Positions 35,911 to 44,177 of a stretch of 64,000 nucleotides of DNA are shown piece by piece (the first letter of the stretch is position 1; the number at the start of each line of letters is the position of its first letter). Made by a program: the position numbers and the translations under genes. Below the pieces are notes generated by a model that was not told the origin of the DNA, ran no database searches, and saw only the letters and a list, made by a program, of their open reading frames with translations. This stretch comes from Myxococcales bacterium (GTDB taxonomy: Bacteria > Myxococcota_A > SURF-8): contig QZKR01000057.1 of assembly GCA_003598065.1 (NCBI GenBank), forward strand, positions 7,911 to 71,910, written 5' to 3'.

Positions 35911-38900
35911 TAGGGTGTTTTGATATCATCACTCCAGCAAACAATTCATATTTTTCATTGCAAAGCGATATTAAGTTCACTTTCTCGGGTTCAGGGAATG
36001 AGCCTGTTCTCTGTGAAACTACTTACGTTGGATGGGATGGCAAAACGCGAACCCAAGTTTTCGGGGGGGGCACTCGGAGTTTTACATATAAAGATTTACC
36101 TCTTGTTAATAATCAAACGACGAAACACAGAATCAAATGCTATGAGGTATTTGTACCAAGCGAGAATGCAACTTTAACAGTCAATATTACATCGCCTTGC
36201 GGAATAAAAGACGAAGGCAAAGACTGCGATGATGGCAACCCATGCACTGCGCAGGATTCTTGCGGTTCGGCCCAATGTGTTGGGAAGCCGATTTACTCTT
36301 GCGGAGCGGTTTTATACAACAACTTTGACTGCTTTGGCCCCCGCCAAAATCCTTTGGGACATATGTATTCAAGCAATCTTGCAGATGAGCAAATTGGCGA
36401 CGGATCTACAGTTAATGATGGACTTCAATCCATATATGTATTTCCTGGATGGGAGATTTATGCATGCCAAAATACAAACTTTGAGGGGCAATGCTCCGCT
36501 CAATTTAACCATGATGACAGTGCCCCCACGATAGGATGTATAAATTTACCTCCGAGTTGGGGAAGATTGCCAAAGGCAAACGACTTCAAATCGCTATTAA
36601 TTCAACCAAACAGTAGAGACAACTACTTTAAATTTCACCACTATTACAGTCGGAAGGAAGAAATAGGAAATGACAGAAACGGAGCCTATGGATATATTGA
36701 ATTATGGGATCAACCCGCCTATGAAGGGATAAACTTTAAATTGAGTTCGACAGACATTGACATCACCGATTCGCCAGTGAAGGATCGCACAACTTCCTAT
36801 AGAATATTCGGAGATATGGTCGCTCAATTTTGTTTAGACAATCTCTCATGCAGAATTGCGCCGATAGATTACCTTAGCAACAAAAAAGAGGAACCAATCT
36901 TTCCTGAGGAGATGTCTATCGCTTTCCCTTCATATACCCGTAAAATCACTGGAATAAAAGTATTTGAAGCAACATATGGAAGCATAATGGTTACCCGAGC
37001 AAGTGATTCAGAAAACCAGTCAGCATCTCTGGCTGCAAACATTGCAAAAGAAGGACCCTGGACCAGGAAGAATTTTGATATTAAGTGGAGCGATAATATC
37101 GGCGAGGTACGAAAGCTTTTAAATAATGGAGGATATGCATGGCCTAATGGCTGCTTTGAATCCTGTAATAAAGGCTTGGACAATTGCGACGCTAAGAAGG
37201 AAGACTGTGGTGATGTATGTCCTGGCGGAGCCTGTGGACAAGCGTGTGGAGATAATAGTAAAGCTTTCCTGTCACTCTACTATGATAACTGGAGGGAATA
37301 TGCGGCCGACGCGTCTTTGATTTGGGTAAATGGTCATGGTGCTTTCGATGATAATGGCGACAGCGCCCAGATCATTGTAACGAGCAGAACTGTCGGAAAA
37401 TGCAATGGGGGTGCCGCTTTAAATAGGTTTTTTTCGAATGGACAACATCCTTATGGCTCGCAGAACCTCAATTGGTTTTTAACCACTGCATGTAATTCAC
37501 TTGGCAATGATGTAGGAGAGCCTGATAATTCTGAAACAAGTTGGCGACATGTGTTTTATGCATGGCAAGACCTTCTTAATAGCGGGGTACACGGGATCGG
37601 AGGGTTTCATGGCTATTCTCACTGGGGATGTAATGCATCGGACAATTCAGGGGAAGGAATGGCGAGTACATTTTGGACTGATCTGAAAACAAAGACAGTA
37701 TCAAAAGCATGGGGTGGAATCGACGAGTCCTTTACGGGTGATGGATGTAGTGATAGAGATGTATATTATTTAACGGCTGAAGATTGTGATTGCGCAGGAG
37801 ATGTGCTCTGCTGGTCAAAGTCAAGAATGTTTCACGATTATTATTACAACTATATGTCAGGCCCAATGCCTGATTTGAAAGAAAACAAGATAACCCACTA
37901 TTGCTATTATCACCAGTGGCCTGAGACAAATTGGGAAACAGGGGAAGAAAGGTTTTCTTTCGGCTCGGGAACCGTTCAGACCAAGGCCAACCAAAAACTC
38001 AAATTACGGCAGCTGGCAAAAAACGTATTTACGAATAATTCTTATTTGCCTTATGTTGAGTACAGATTACCCGATCCCGAAACAGATATACCAGCTCTCA
38101 CCACTTCACTTCTTGGAAACAGCGAAATTTCTTCGGATTGCGATATCGCGACAAATAATTATTGTTATTTTGAAAGGGATGGAGTTTCTTTGTATTATTG
38201 GCCCATTTCCGGTTATATCGAATGGCGAAATCGCGACTTTAATGTGGGCTTTCCTGTGAATACCGAACCAGATGAGTCAAAAACAAATCTAGAAACTCTA
38301 AAAGAGCGGGCTCTTGTCTTTTTAAAAGCCAATAATTTGATTGAAACAAGCGAAGGAGAAGAAATAAAACTCAATGGCACATCGAAGACAGTGCTTAACA
38401 GCATGGAGAAAAATACTCAAATAATTTCAACTAAAGTTATTTCGCTTGATCTTATATTTGGCCGAAAAATTAATGGAATGCGTGTTGTTGGGGGGGGCTA
38501 CGCCATCGTCCACATTGGGGCTGACTATGAAATCTCAGGGGTTGATGTCTTATGGCGGCCTATTTCGAAGGTAAAGAAGGGAAAGATTAGAAGCGCAGAA
38601 AAAATTTACATGGGATTAATGGCAAAAAAACAAGGTATCGAAAATGAAACCAGAACAGCACTTGCTTATCTAGAAACAGAAAGAGCTGAGGTTGTTTTGC
38701 GCTCCTTACCACGTTACAGTGCGCAAACAAGAGGATTGCCCTATCTCCTCGTTCCTGCTAATATTAATGCAGATGCTTCACTGAAAAAGCTCGGGTATGC
38801 TACTCAAGGGTTCCTTTCTACAAGGCTTTCCAAGAGAAATGATGAAGGAGCAGTAACCTTTATGGAGCAGCCTTTTGTAAGGGATGATGAACCGTACAAC

Positions 38901-38942
38901 TTGGAGAAAGAAGATGAAGAAACGAGACGGAACTTCCCTTAA
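35907..38942 (+). CDS. Large (about 1011-aa) secreted/lipoprotein of unknown function; Cys-rich and beta-gamma-crystallin-like N-terminal part, possible clan-CD-like His/Cys core
   Basis: Long ORF in about 40% GC DNA (24/60 at 36541-36600). The track start is a TTG. Notable segments are CDDGNPCTAQDSCGSAQCVG, the Greek-key-like ELWDQPAYEG, LIWVNGHG and WFLTTACNS. Confidence 0.75.
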   Translation: MIGCFDIITPANNSYFSLQSDIKFTFSGSGNEPVLCETTYVGWDGKTRTQVFGGGTRSFTYKDLPLVNNQTTKHRIKCYEVFVPSENATLTVNITSPCGIKDEGKDCDDGNPCTAQDSCGSAQCVGKPIYSCGAVLYNNFDCFGPRQNPLGHMYSSNLADEQIGDGSTVNDGLQSIYVFPGWEIYACQNTNFEGQCSAQFNHDDSAPTIGCINLPPSWGRLPKANDFKSLLIQPNSRDNYFKFHHYYSRKEEIGNDRNGAYGYIELWDQPAYEGINFKLSSTDIDITDSPVKDRTTSYRIFGDMVAQFCLDNLSCRIAPIDYLSNKKEEPIFPEEMSIAFPSYTRKITGIKVFEATYGSIMVTRASDSENQSASLAANIAKEGPWTRKNFDIKWSDNIGEVRKLLNNGGYAWPNGCFESCNKGLDNCDAKKEDCGDVCPGGACGQACGDNSKAFLSLYYDNWREYAADASLIWVNGHGAFDDNGDSAQIIVTSRTVGKCNGGAALNRFFSNGQHPYGSQNLNWFLTTACNSLGNDVGEPDNSETSWRHVFYAWQDLLNSGVHGIGGFHGYSHWGCNASDNSGEGMASTFWTDLKTKTVSKAWGGIDESFTGDGCSDRDVYYLTAEDCDCAGDVLCWSKSRMFHDYYYNYMSGPMPDLKENKITHYCYYHQWPETNWETGEERFSFGSGTVQTKANQKLKLRQLAKNVFTNNSYLPYVEYRLPDPETDIPALTTSLLGNSEISSDCDIATNNYCYFERDGVSLYYWPISGYIEWRNRDFNVGFPVNTEPDESKTNLETLKERALVFLKANNLIETSEGEEIKLNGTSKTVLNSMEKNTQIISTKVISLDLIFGRKINGMRVVGGGYAIVHIGADYEISGVDVLWRPISKVKKGKIRSAEKIYMGLMAKKQGIENETRTALAYLETERAEVVLRSLPRYSAQTRGLPYLLVPANINADASLKKLGYATQGFLSTRLSKRNDEGAVTFMEQPFVRDDEPYNLEKEDEETRRNFP
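36063..36070 (+). repeat. G8 homopolymer inside the coding sequence (FGGGT)
   Basis: tcGGGGGGGGcact, counted directly. Confidence 0.9.
38490..38497 (+). repeat. Second G8 homopolymer inside the same coding sequence (VVGGGY)
   Basis: gttgttGGGGGGGGcta, counted directly. Confidence 0.9.
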
Positions 38943-38953
38943 AAAGGATAGAT

Positions 38954-39709
38954 ATGACCCCTCGTACTTATAAGAACCTTCGGGTGCTTCGGGTAGCTAG
39001 GTATTTTCTGGCCGGGGCGACGTTTTGGGCTTTCGTTCTTTTTTCTCGCACCCTTGTAGCCACCGAGTTGACAAACGACAGCCGCGTACAGCCTCCCGAA
39101 ATCAGCCCGGAGGATATGACGGTCACTCCCGAGCCTGAACCTATGCCTGCCAGCCCTCCCCCGCAAGGCGAAAACGGCGGCCTGCGGGTCGAATGGTTCA
39201 CCTTGAAGTTCATCGTCGGGGGTTACGGCGCGGGACTGGGGATCGGCGCGTTTACCCTCAACTGGAAGTGGTTCTTCTGGGAGATCGTCCACGGCTACCC
39301 CTTCGTCGGCGGGATGCCCACTTATCCAACGGACGACGAGGCGGAAGAATTCGCCGTGTTCTCGGCCCTGGGAAGCATGGCCGGCGTGCCGTTTCGCCTG
39401 GATCCGGAAGGCCGCCATACGATCCGCCTCGGCCTGGGCGTGCTGGGCGGCATGATGTCCAACGGTTGGAGCGGCAACACCGACTATCATTACAGCGCTG
39501 GCCCTTACTTCGACCTCGAAATCGGTTACCTCTACCGTTGGAAGCCGAATACACAGATCTTTACCGGGCTGAATATCATCGCGGCGGCGCATAGCACTGA
39601 GCCAGCTTTCCAAGGGGAAACATTGTGCATAGCTTCCCCTAGTTGTCCGAAAAACGGCCAGGCCTATCCCTTCCCCATCATCCAGGCCTTCTTCGGGTTC
39701 ATTTTCTAG
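38954..39709 (+). CDS. Small putative outer-membrane beta-barrel protein (paralogue of 47988-48719)
   Basis: 251 aa, starting 11 nt after the previous stop. It has a signal-like N-terminus and a Pro/Glu-rich spacer. The Gly/aromatic-rich body alternates and ends AFFGFIF (terminal Phe). Confidence 0.6.
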   Translation: MTPRTYKNLRVLRVARYFLAGATFWAFVLFSRTLVATELTNDSRVQPPEISPEDMTVTPEPEPMPASPPPQGENGGLRVEWFTLKFIVGGYGAGLGIGAFTLNWKWFFWEIVHGYPFVGGMPTYPTDDEAEEFAVFSALGSMAGVPFRLDPEGRHTIRLGLGVLGGMMSNGWSGNTDYHYSAGPYFDLEIGYLYRWKPNTQIFTGLNIIAAAHSTEPAFQGETLCIASPSCPKNGQAYPFPIIQAFFGFIF

Positions 39710-39825
39710 GCGGGGTTGCCTTGGCAGCCGCGTCACGCAAGCCGTTTGGGTAACTGAGATACAGCCCGGTTGCACCGTGCTCCGCTCGCCGGAGTCGCTT
39801 CAAAAAAGGCGACTGAAAAAATACA

Positions 39826-39854
39826 TTGACACACCGCGTCAGCGCCGCTATAAA
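39826..39854 (+). promoter_or_regulatory. Sigma70-type promoter TTGACA-17-TATAAA
   Basis: TTGACA at 39826-39831 and TATAAA at 39849-39854, about 108 nt before ATG 39962. Confidence 0.55.
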
Positions 39855-39961
39855 ATCTCCTTTCAGGTCCTCTAAAAATTCGTTAGGATAAAAGTGTATT
39901 CTCACGCAACAGCGGAGCAGGACTCGCTGCGTCGAGCGTCGCCGATACGAGAGGTAGAGCC

Positions 39962-42265
39962 ATGAACACCATCCGTGGGGCCGTGGAGCGCGTGCTGGCC
40001 GTTGCGGCCCTAGTCGTTGTAGCCGTCGCCTGTACGGAAAACGGCGCTTCCACCGCCTGCGTGGCGGAGGGCGATTGCGCCGCCGGCGAAATCTGCATCG
40101 CCGGCCAGTGTCAGCCGGCGCAATTCTGCTCCGGCGACGCCGGCTGCCCCGTCGGTCAGATCTGCAACAACGGCCAGTGCGAATCCGCCGCTTCCTGCAC
40201 GCTGCCGGAGGATTGCCCGGAGGATTTCGAATGCGTGGACGGCTATTGCGTCCATTCGTCCTTCTGCGCCGGCGATGCGGAGTGCCCGAGCGGCCAGTTC
40301 TGCACCGAGGGGGCCTGCCAGCCGGCCACGCCCTGCGACATCGACATCGACTGCCTGGCGGATTTCCAGTGCGTTGACGGTTACTGCGCGCGCCGCGCCT
40401 GCCGGACGGACAAGGATTGCGCCGAAAATCTCTATTGCGACAGGGCCGACGGGCAATGCAAGGCGCGCCAGGCGCCTGACGGCGACGAAGCCGCCATCGC
40501 CTGCGACGACAGCCGCGACTGCCCGGTGGCGCATCGCTGCGAATTCGGCAAATGCGTGCCGCTCTCCGGAACGGACGGCGACACGCCCGACGGCGACGTT
40601 CCGGACGGCGACGTCCCGGACGGCGACGTCCCGGATGGCGACGTGCCGGTGGGCGACCTCTGCCAGCGTTGCGAGCAGGACCCGGACTGCGGCGGGACGG
40701 AGAACTATTGCATGGAGGACCTTTCCGGGACGAAATTCTGCGCCCGGCTCTGCGGCGAGGACGCCCCCTGCCCGTCGGATTACCGTTGCGCCGACATCTT
40801 CAGCGGCACGGGGGAAGTTTCTTCCAGCCAGTGCCTGCCCCAGAGCGGCTATTGCGACGCTTCCGGCGACGGCGACGAGCACCCGGCGGGCGCGCAGGGC
40901 TTCTGCGAGCCCTGCGATACGCACGACGATTGCGGCGGCGTCTTCGATCGCTGCCTGCCCGCCGCCGACAGCCAGACCTATTGCGGGACGGACTGCGCCC
41001 ACGACCAGCCCTGCAACTTCCCGAACACCTACTGCAAGCGCATTTCCGAGACGGTCCGCCAGTGCTGGCCGATCTCCAACGACTGCCGCAACCTCTCCCC
41101 CGACGGCGACGTCCCCGACGGCGATTATCCCAATGGGGACTATCCCGACGGCGACTATCCCGACGGAGATTGGCCCGACGGCGATCTGCCCTTCGAATGC
41201 ACTTTCGACTCCGATTGCCCTCCGGGTCAGATTTGCGATCTTCTGGAATGTGTCGATATACTTTGCTCGCCATGCAACAGTTTCTTCGATTGCGGTTCGA
41301 TTTTCACCGAATGCATTGACGGCGGCTGCGCGACGGACTGCTCGATGGGTTCCGCCTGTCCCACGGGGTATCGTTGCGAGTCCATGGATATTTTCGACGC
41401 TTACTGCGTGCCGACCAGCGGCTCCTGCCAGCAGACGCCGGACGGTGATGCGGATGGCGACACGCCGGACGGGGATCAGGACCCCGGCTGCTCGGGGCCG
41501 TGCTCCGACGATTTTTACGATTGCCAGGGCGACGGTTTGTGCGTCTGCGATTACGGCGAGAAGACCCTGTACGATTGCTTGGAAGTGTGCCTGGAGGGCG
41601 GCTACGCCGAATTCGTCGAGTGCAGCTACGACGAGGAATACGCCCACGACCTCTGCTGGTGCTCCGACGAGACGATCGCCTATTGCGCCGGTTACACCGG
41701 CAGCGACATCTGTTGCACGCTCGACGATCCCTGCGATTTCGCCCGGAACGATACATGCGACTGCGACGGAAAATGCGCCTGGGATGCAACGGACTGCGCC
41801 GCGCCGGACGGCGACATCGATAATGACGTTGACAGCGATCCGGACAGCGACAGCGCCCAGGCCACCGGCGCCTGCGCCGATCCGATCGTCATTTCCTCGT
41901 TGCCTTACCAGCATGCCTATACGACGGTGAACGGGCCGGATACGCTCACGGCGTCCGGCTGCGAAGAGGACGGCTGGGCGATGTCCGGCGGCAGCGGCCC
42001 GGAGCGCGTCTACCGGCTGGAAGCGAGAGCCGGTCAGTCGCTGGGTATCCGGGTCGAATCCGACTTCGACGCGGTGCTGACGGCGCGGACGCCGTGTGGG
42101 AGCAGCCCGGACGAGTGCCTCGGCTCGGACGCGGAATTCGGCGCGGGAACGCAGGTAGAGGAATTAGGAATCACTATCAATCAGGACTTCACGCTGTTCA
42201 TCACGGTGGACGGCTATCGCAACGCCAACCAGGGTAACTACACGTTGACGGTGGAGGAAAACTGA
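39962..42265 (+). CDS. Cys-rich repeat lipoprotein with P-D-G-D-x pentapeptide arrays and C-terminal PPC (pre-peptidase C-terminal)-like domain
   Basis: Lipobox VAVAC. At least 8 repeats of C-x3-(D/E)C-x3-(Q/E/F)xC-x2-GxC are present. The C-terminal region ACADPIVISSLPY..RVYRLEARAGQSLGI..NQGNYTLTVEEN is PPC-like. Confidence 0.8.
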   Translation: MNTIRGAVERVLAVAALVVVAVACTENGASTACVAEGDCAAGEICIAGQCQPAQFCSGDAGCPVGQICNNGQCESAASCTLPEDCPEDFECVDGYCVHSSFCAGDAECPSGQFCTEGACQPATPCDIDIDCLADFQCVDGYCARRACRTDKDCAENLYCDRADGQCKARQAPDGDEAAIACDDSRDCPVAHRCEFGKCVPLSGTDGDTPDGDVPDGDVPDGDVPDGDVPVGDLCQRCEQDPDCGGTENYCMEDLSGTKFCARLCGEDAPCPSDYRCADIFSGTGEVSSSQCLPQSGYCDASGDGDEHPAGAQGFCEPCDTHDDCGGVFDRCLPAADSQTYCGTDCAHDQPCNFPNTYCKRISETVRQCWPISNDCRNLSPDGDVPDGDYPNGDYPDGDYPDGDWPDGDLPFECTFDSDCPPGQICDLLECVDILCSPCNSFFDCGSIFTECIDGGCATDCSMGSACPTGYRCESMDIFDAYCVPTSGSCQQTPDGDADGDTPDGDQDPGCSGPCSDDFYDCQGDGLCVCDYGEKTLYDCLEVCLEGGYAEFVECSYDEEYAHDLCWCSDETIAYCAGYTGSDICCTLDDPCDFARNDTCDCDGKCAWDATDCAAPDGDIDNDVDSDPDSDSAQATGACADPIVISSLPYQHAYTTVNGPDTLTASGCEEDGWAMSGGSGPERVYRLEARAGQSLGIRVESDFDAVLTARTPCGSSPDECLGSDAEFGAGTQVEELGITINQDFTLFITVDGYRNANQGNYTLTVEEN
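40574..40657 (+). repeat. Tandem 15-nt coding repeat (DGDTP DGDVP x4 VGD)
   Basis: gacggcgacgt(c/t)ccg units read directly. Confidence 0.9.
41102..41191 (+). repeat. Tandem 15-nt coding repeat (DGDVP DGDYP NGDYP DGDYP DGDWP DGDLP)
   Basis: Six consecutive 15-nt units read directly. Confidence 0.9.
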
Positions 42266-42272
42266 TCTCCGC

Positions 42273-43955
42273 TTACGGCGGCGTGCAGATCGCCTGAAGG
42301 CCGCTCTCGGTCATGTCCAAGCAGCGCCAGCCCGGCGGACATTCGCGCTCGTCGTGGCAGGTCAGGGCGCAGAACCCCTCGGTGAAGTTGAACTCGTAGC
42401 GCACGCAGCTTTGTTTGCCCGGACATTCGGCGTCGCAGCCGCAATGGATGCCCAGGCCGTGATTCTCGGCCAGGACGCGCGTGTCCAGATCGGGCATGCA
42501 TCGTGTGACTGGCGATCCCTGACAGGTGAAACCTTTTTTGCAGTCCATATCCCACATGCATTCAGGCTCGCTTTGCGGGCTGCAGGCGTACTGGACGGCT
42601 TCGGTAAACATGCTGAAACCGCAGACAAGGTCTTCGCCGCAGTCCAGGCTGGTGAGGCAGTTGGCCTGGCAAAATCGACCGGGCGAGCAGAAGGCCCAGT
42701 CGTCGGCGCAGCTGCAGTCGGCCACGCAATGCTCGCCGTATGGCGCGAGGGTTCCTTCCAAGCATTCCGAACATTCCGGACAGGCGTTGACGGTGAACGT
42801 CAAAGGCGAGGGAGCCCAGTCTCCCATGGTGAGGATGTTGGCCGTCCACTCGCCGGGCGGCAGAGGCGGCAGCTGGACCGGGTAAACAAACTGTTCCTCC
42901 TGCCACATATCGCACGAGCGTTGGCCGTAGAACATTCCGCCCCATATTGTAATCTGCCGGCTGTCGGGTTGGACGTCCCCGAATACGCCGCCGTAGCGCC
43001 AGCAAGGGTACGGAGTCCCGCCGGCAAGGGTCTGAATATCGAGAACGACGCTTGAGCCTTCCCGGAACGCGCCGGCATACGAGAACTCGACGTGCCAGTC
43101 GGGGGTGAAAGTCCAAGCCTGGCCGCAGTAGGCCCAGGGCTTTTCATCCTGGCCCAGCGTCGCCGCGAACGTATCCGTGTATAGAGTCCCTTCCGCGGTC
43201 AATTCGATGGGGTATTCCTGGCATTGGGTTTCCCCTGTGCGGGCGGGAGAGAGAACGTCACCCCGGCGGCTCGGCAGGTTGTCCGGGGACACATCCAGCA
43301 AGGTCGAATAGCAAAAGCGCAACCGGTAATTTCCGGCCGGGGCGAGCGACGGATTGTTGCAGTTGACCTCGCCGTACTCCTCGCTTTGACAGGTGGAGAA
43401 CTCAACCCCCTCGCCCGCCCAGTTAAACTCGATGGCCGAGCCGGGGAGAATCTGCCGCACTTCCTCCGGCATCTCTTCACACATGATCGGCACGCAGGGC
43501 TCGCTGCAATCGATGGTGCAGCCGCGGTAAAGGTGCAATTCCTGGCCTTCGGCGTTCAGCAAGGTGAAGCCCAGGTGGCCGTCCCACGAGCCGGCGTTGT
43601 CCGTGACGTAGGCGGCGTCGCTCCCGACGTTGGTGAGGCGGAGAACGAGCGTCCCGGGAGGAACTTCCTCATCGCCGTCGGGGGAGAGGTCGTGGTCGCC
43701 GTCAACGATGTCGATGTCGCCATCCAAGGCGTCGCCATCGGCGGCTTCCATCTCCTGCTCGACTTCCCTTTCCTGTTCGGTCATCGGGTCTTCGTCGCCG
43801 TCAAGGGGCGGAAGATCGCTGTCAGGGCTGTCCATGTCGCCATCTTCATCCGCGGCGCCGTCGCCGTCCGTGAAAGTGAAGGTTTCGCCCGAGCCGCAGC
43901 CAAAGAACGAAACCAACGCCAGGCTTAGAACCGTCGCCAAAAACACCCCTCGCAT
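42273..43955 (-). CDS. Lipoprotein with acidic DGD N-terminal linker and Cys-rich C-terminal region, unknown function
   Basis: 560 aa. GGGAG lies 8 nt before the ATG. Lipobox SFFGC. The linker is DGDGAADEDGDMDSPDSDLPPLDGDEDP..DGDALDGDIDIVDGDHDLSPDGDEE. Confidence 0.75.
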   Translation of the reverse strand: MRGVFLATVLSLALVSFFGCGSGETFTFTDGDGAADEDGDMDSPDSDLPPLDGDEDPMTEQEREVEQEMEAADGDALDGDIDIVDGDHDLSPDGDEEVPPGTLVLRLTNVGSDAAYVTDNAGSWDGHLGFTLLNAEGQELHLYRGCTIDCSEPCVPIMCEEMPEEVRQILPGSAIEFNWAGEGVEFSTCQSEEYGEVNCNNPSLAPAGNYRLRFCYSTLLDVSPDNLPSRRGDVLSPARTGETQCQEYPIELTAEGTLYTDTFAATLGQDEKPWAYCGQAWTFTPDWHVEFSYAGAFREGSSVVLDIQTLAGGTPYPCWRYGGVFGDVQPDSRQITIWGGMFYGQRSCDMWQEEQFVYPVQLPPLPPGEWTANILTMGDWAPSPLTFTVNACPECSECLEGTLAPYGEHCVADCSCADDWAFCSPGRFCQANCLTSLDCGEDLVCGFSMFTEAVQYACSPQSEPECMWDMDCKKGFTCQGSPVTRCMPDLDTRVLAENHGLGIHCGCDAECPGKQSCVRYEFNFTEGFCALTCHDERECPPGWRCLDMTESGLQAICTPP

Positions 43956-44177
43956 GGGAGGACTCCCTTTCCGCCGAAAACGTACGAAGATTAACCAGCA
44001 AAAGACGTGCCAGGGCTTGTAGCGAATACGTGTTCGGAAAAACTGGCTTTTTTGCGATACGGGAAGAGGAGATGTGTAAAGCCGCGTTGACTAAGGAAGC
44101 CGGAATGTCAGGATCTTCCGGACCGCGCCCCACGAAGAATGTTTCGTCATCGCCAGTCGATCAGGGCGGGGCGACGC

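Noticed and set aside
35902-35912. Programmed frameshift at UUU UGA (prfB-like) joining the signal peptide to the long ORF
   Set aside because: A +1 slip on the T run enters the third frame and stops after four codons. The required -1 slip would re-pair tRNA-Phe on CUU, and there is no X XXY YYZ heptamer. An indel or mutation is the simpler explanation.
40574-41191. CRISPR-like regular repeats
   Set aside because: The units are 15 nt, contiguous, without spacers, in frame, and code for the P-D-G-D-x pentapeptide. They are protein-coding tandem repeats.
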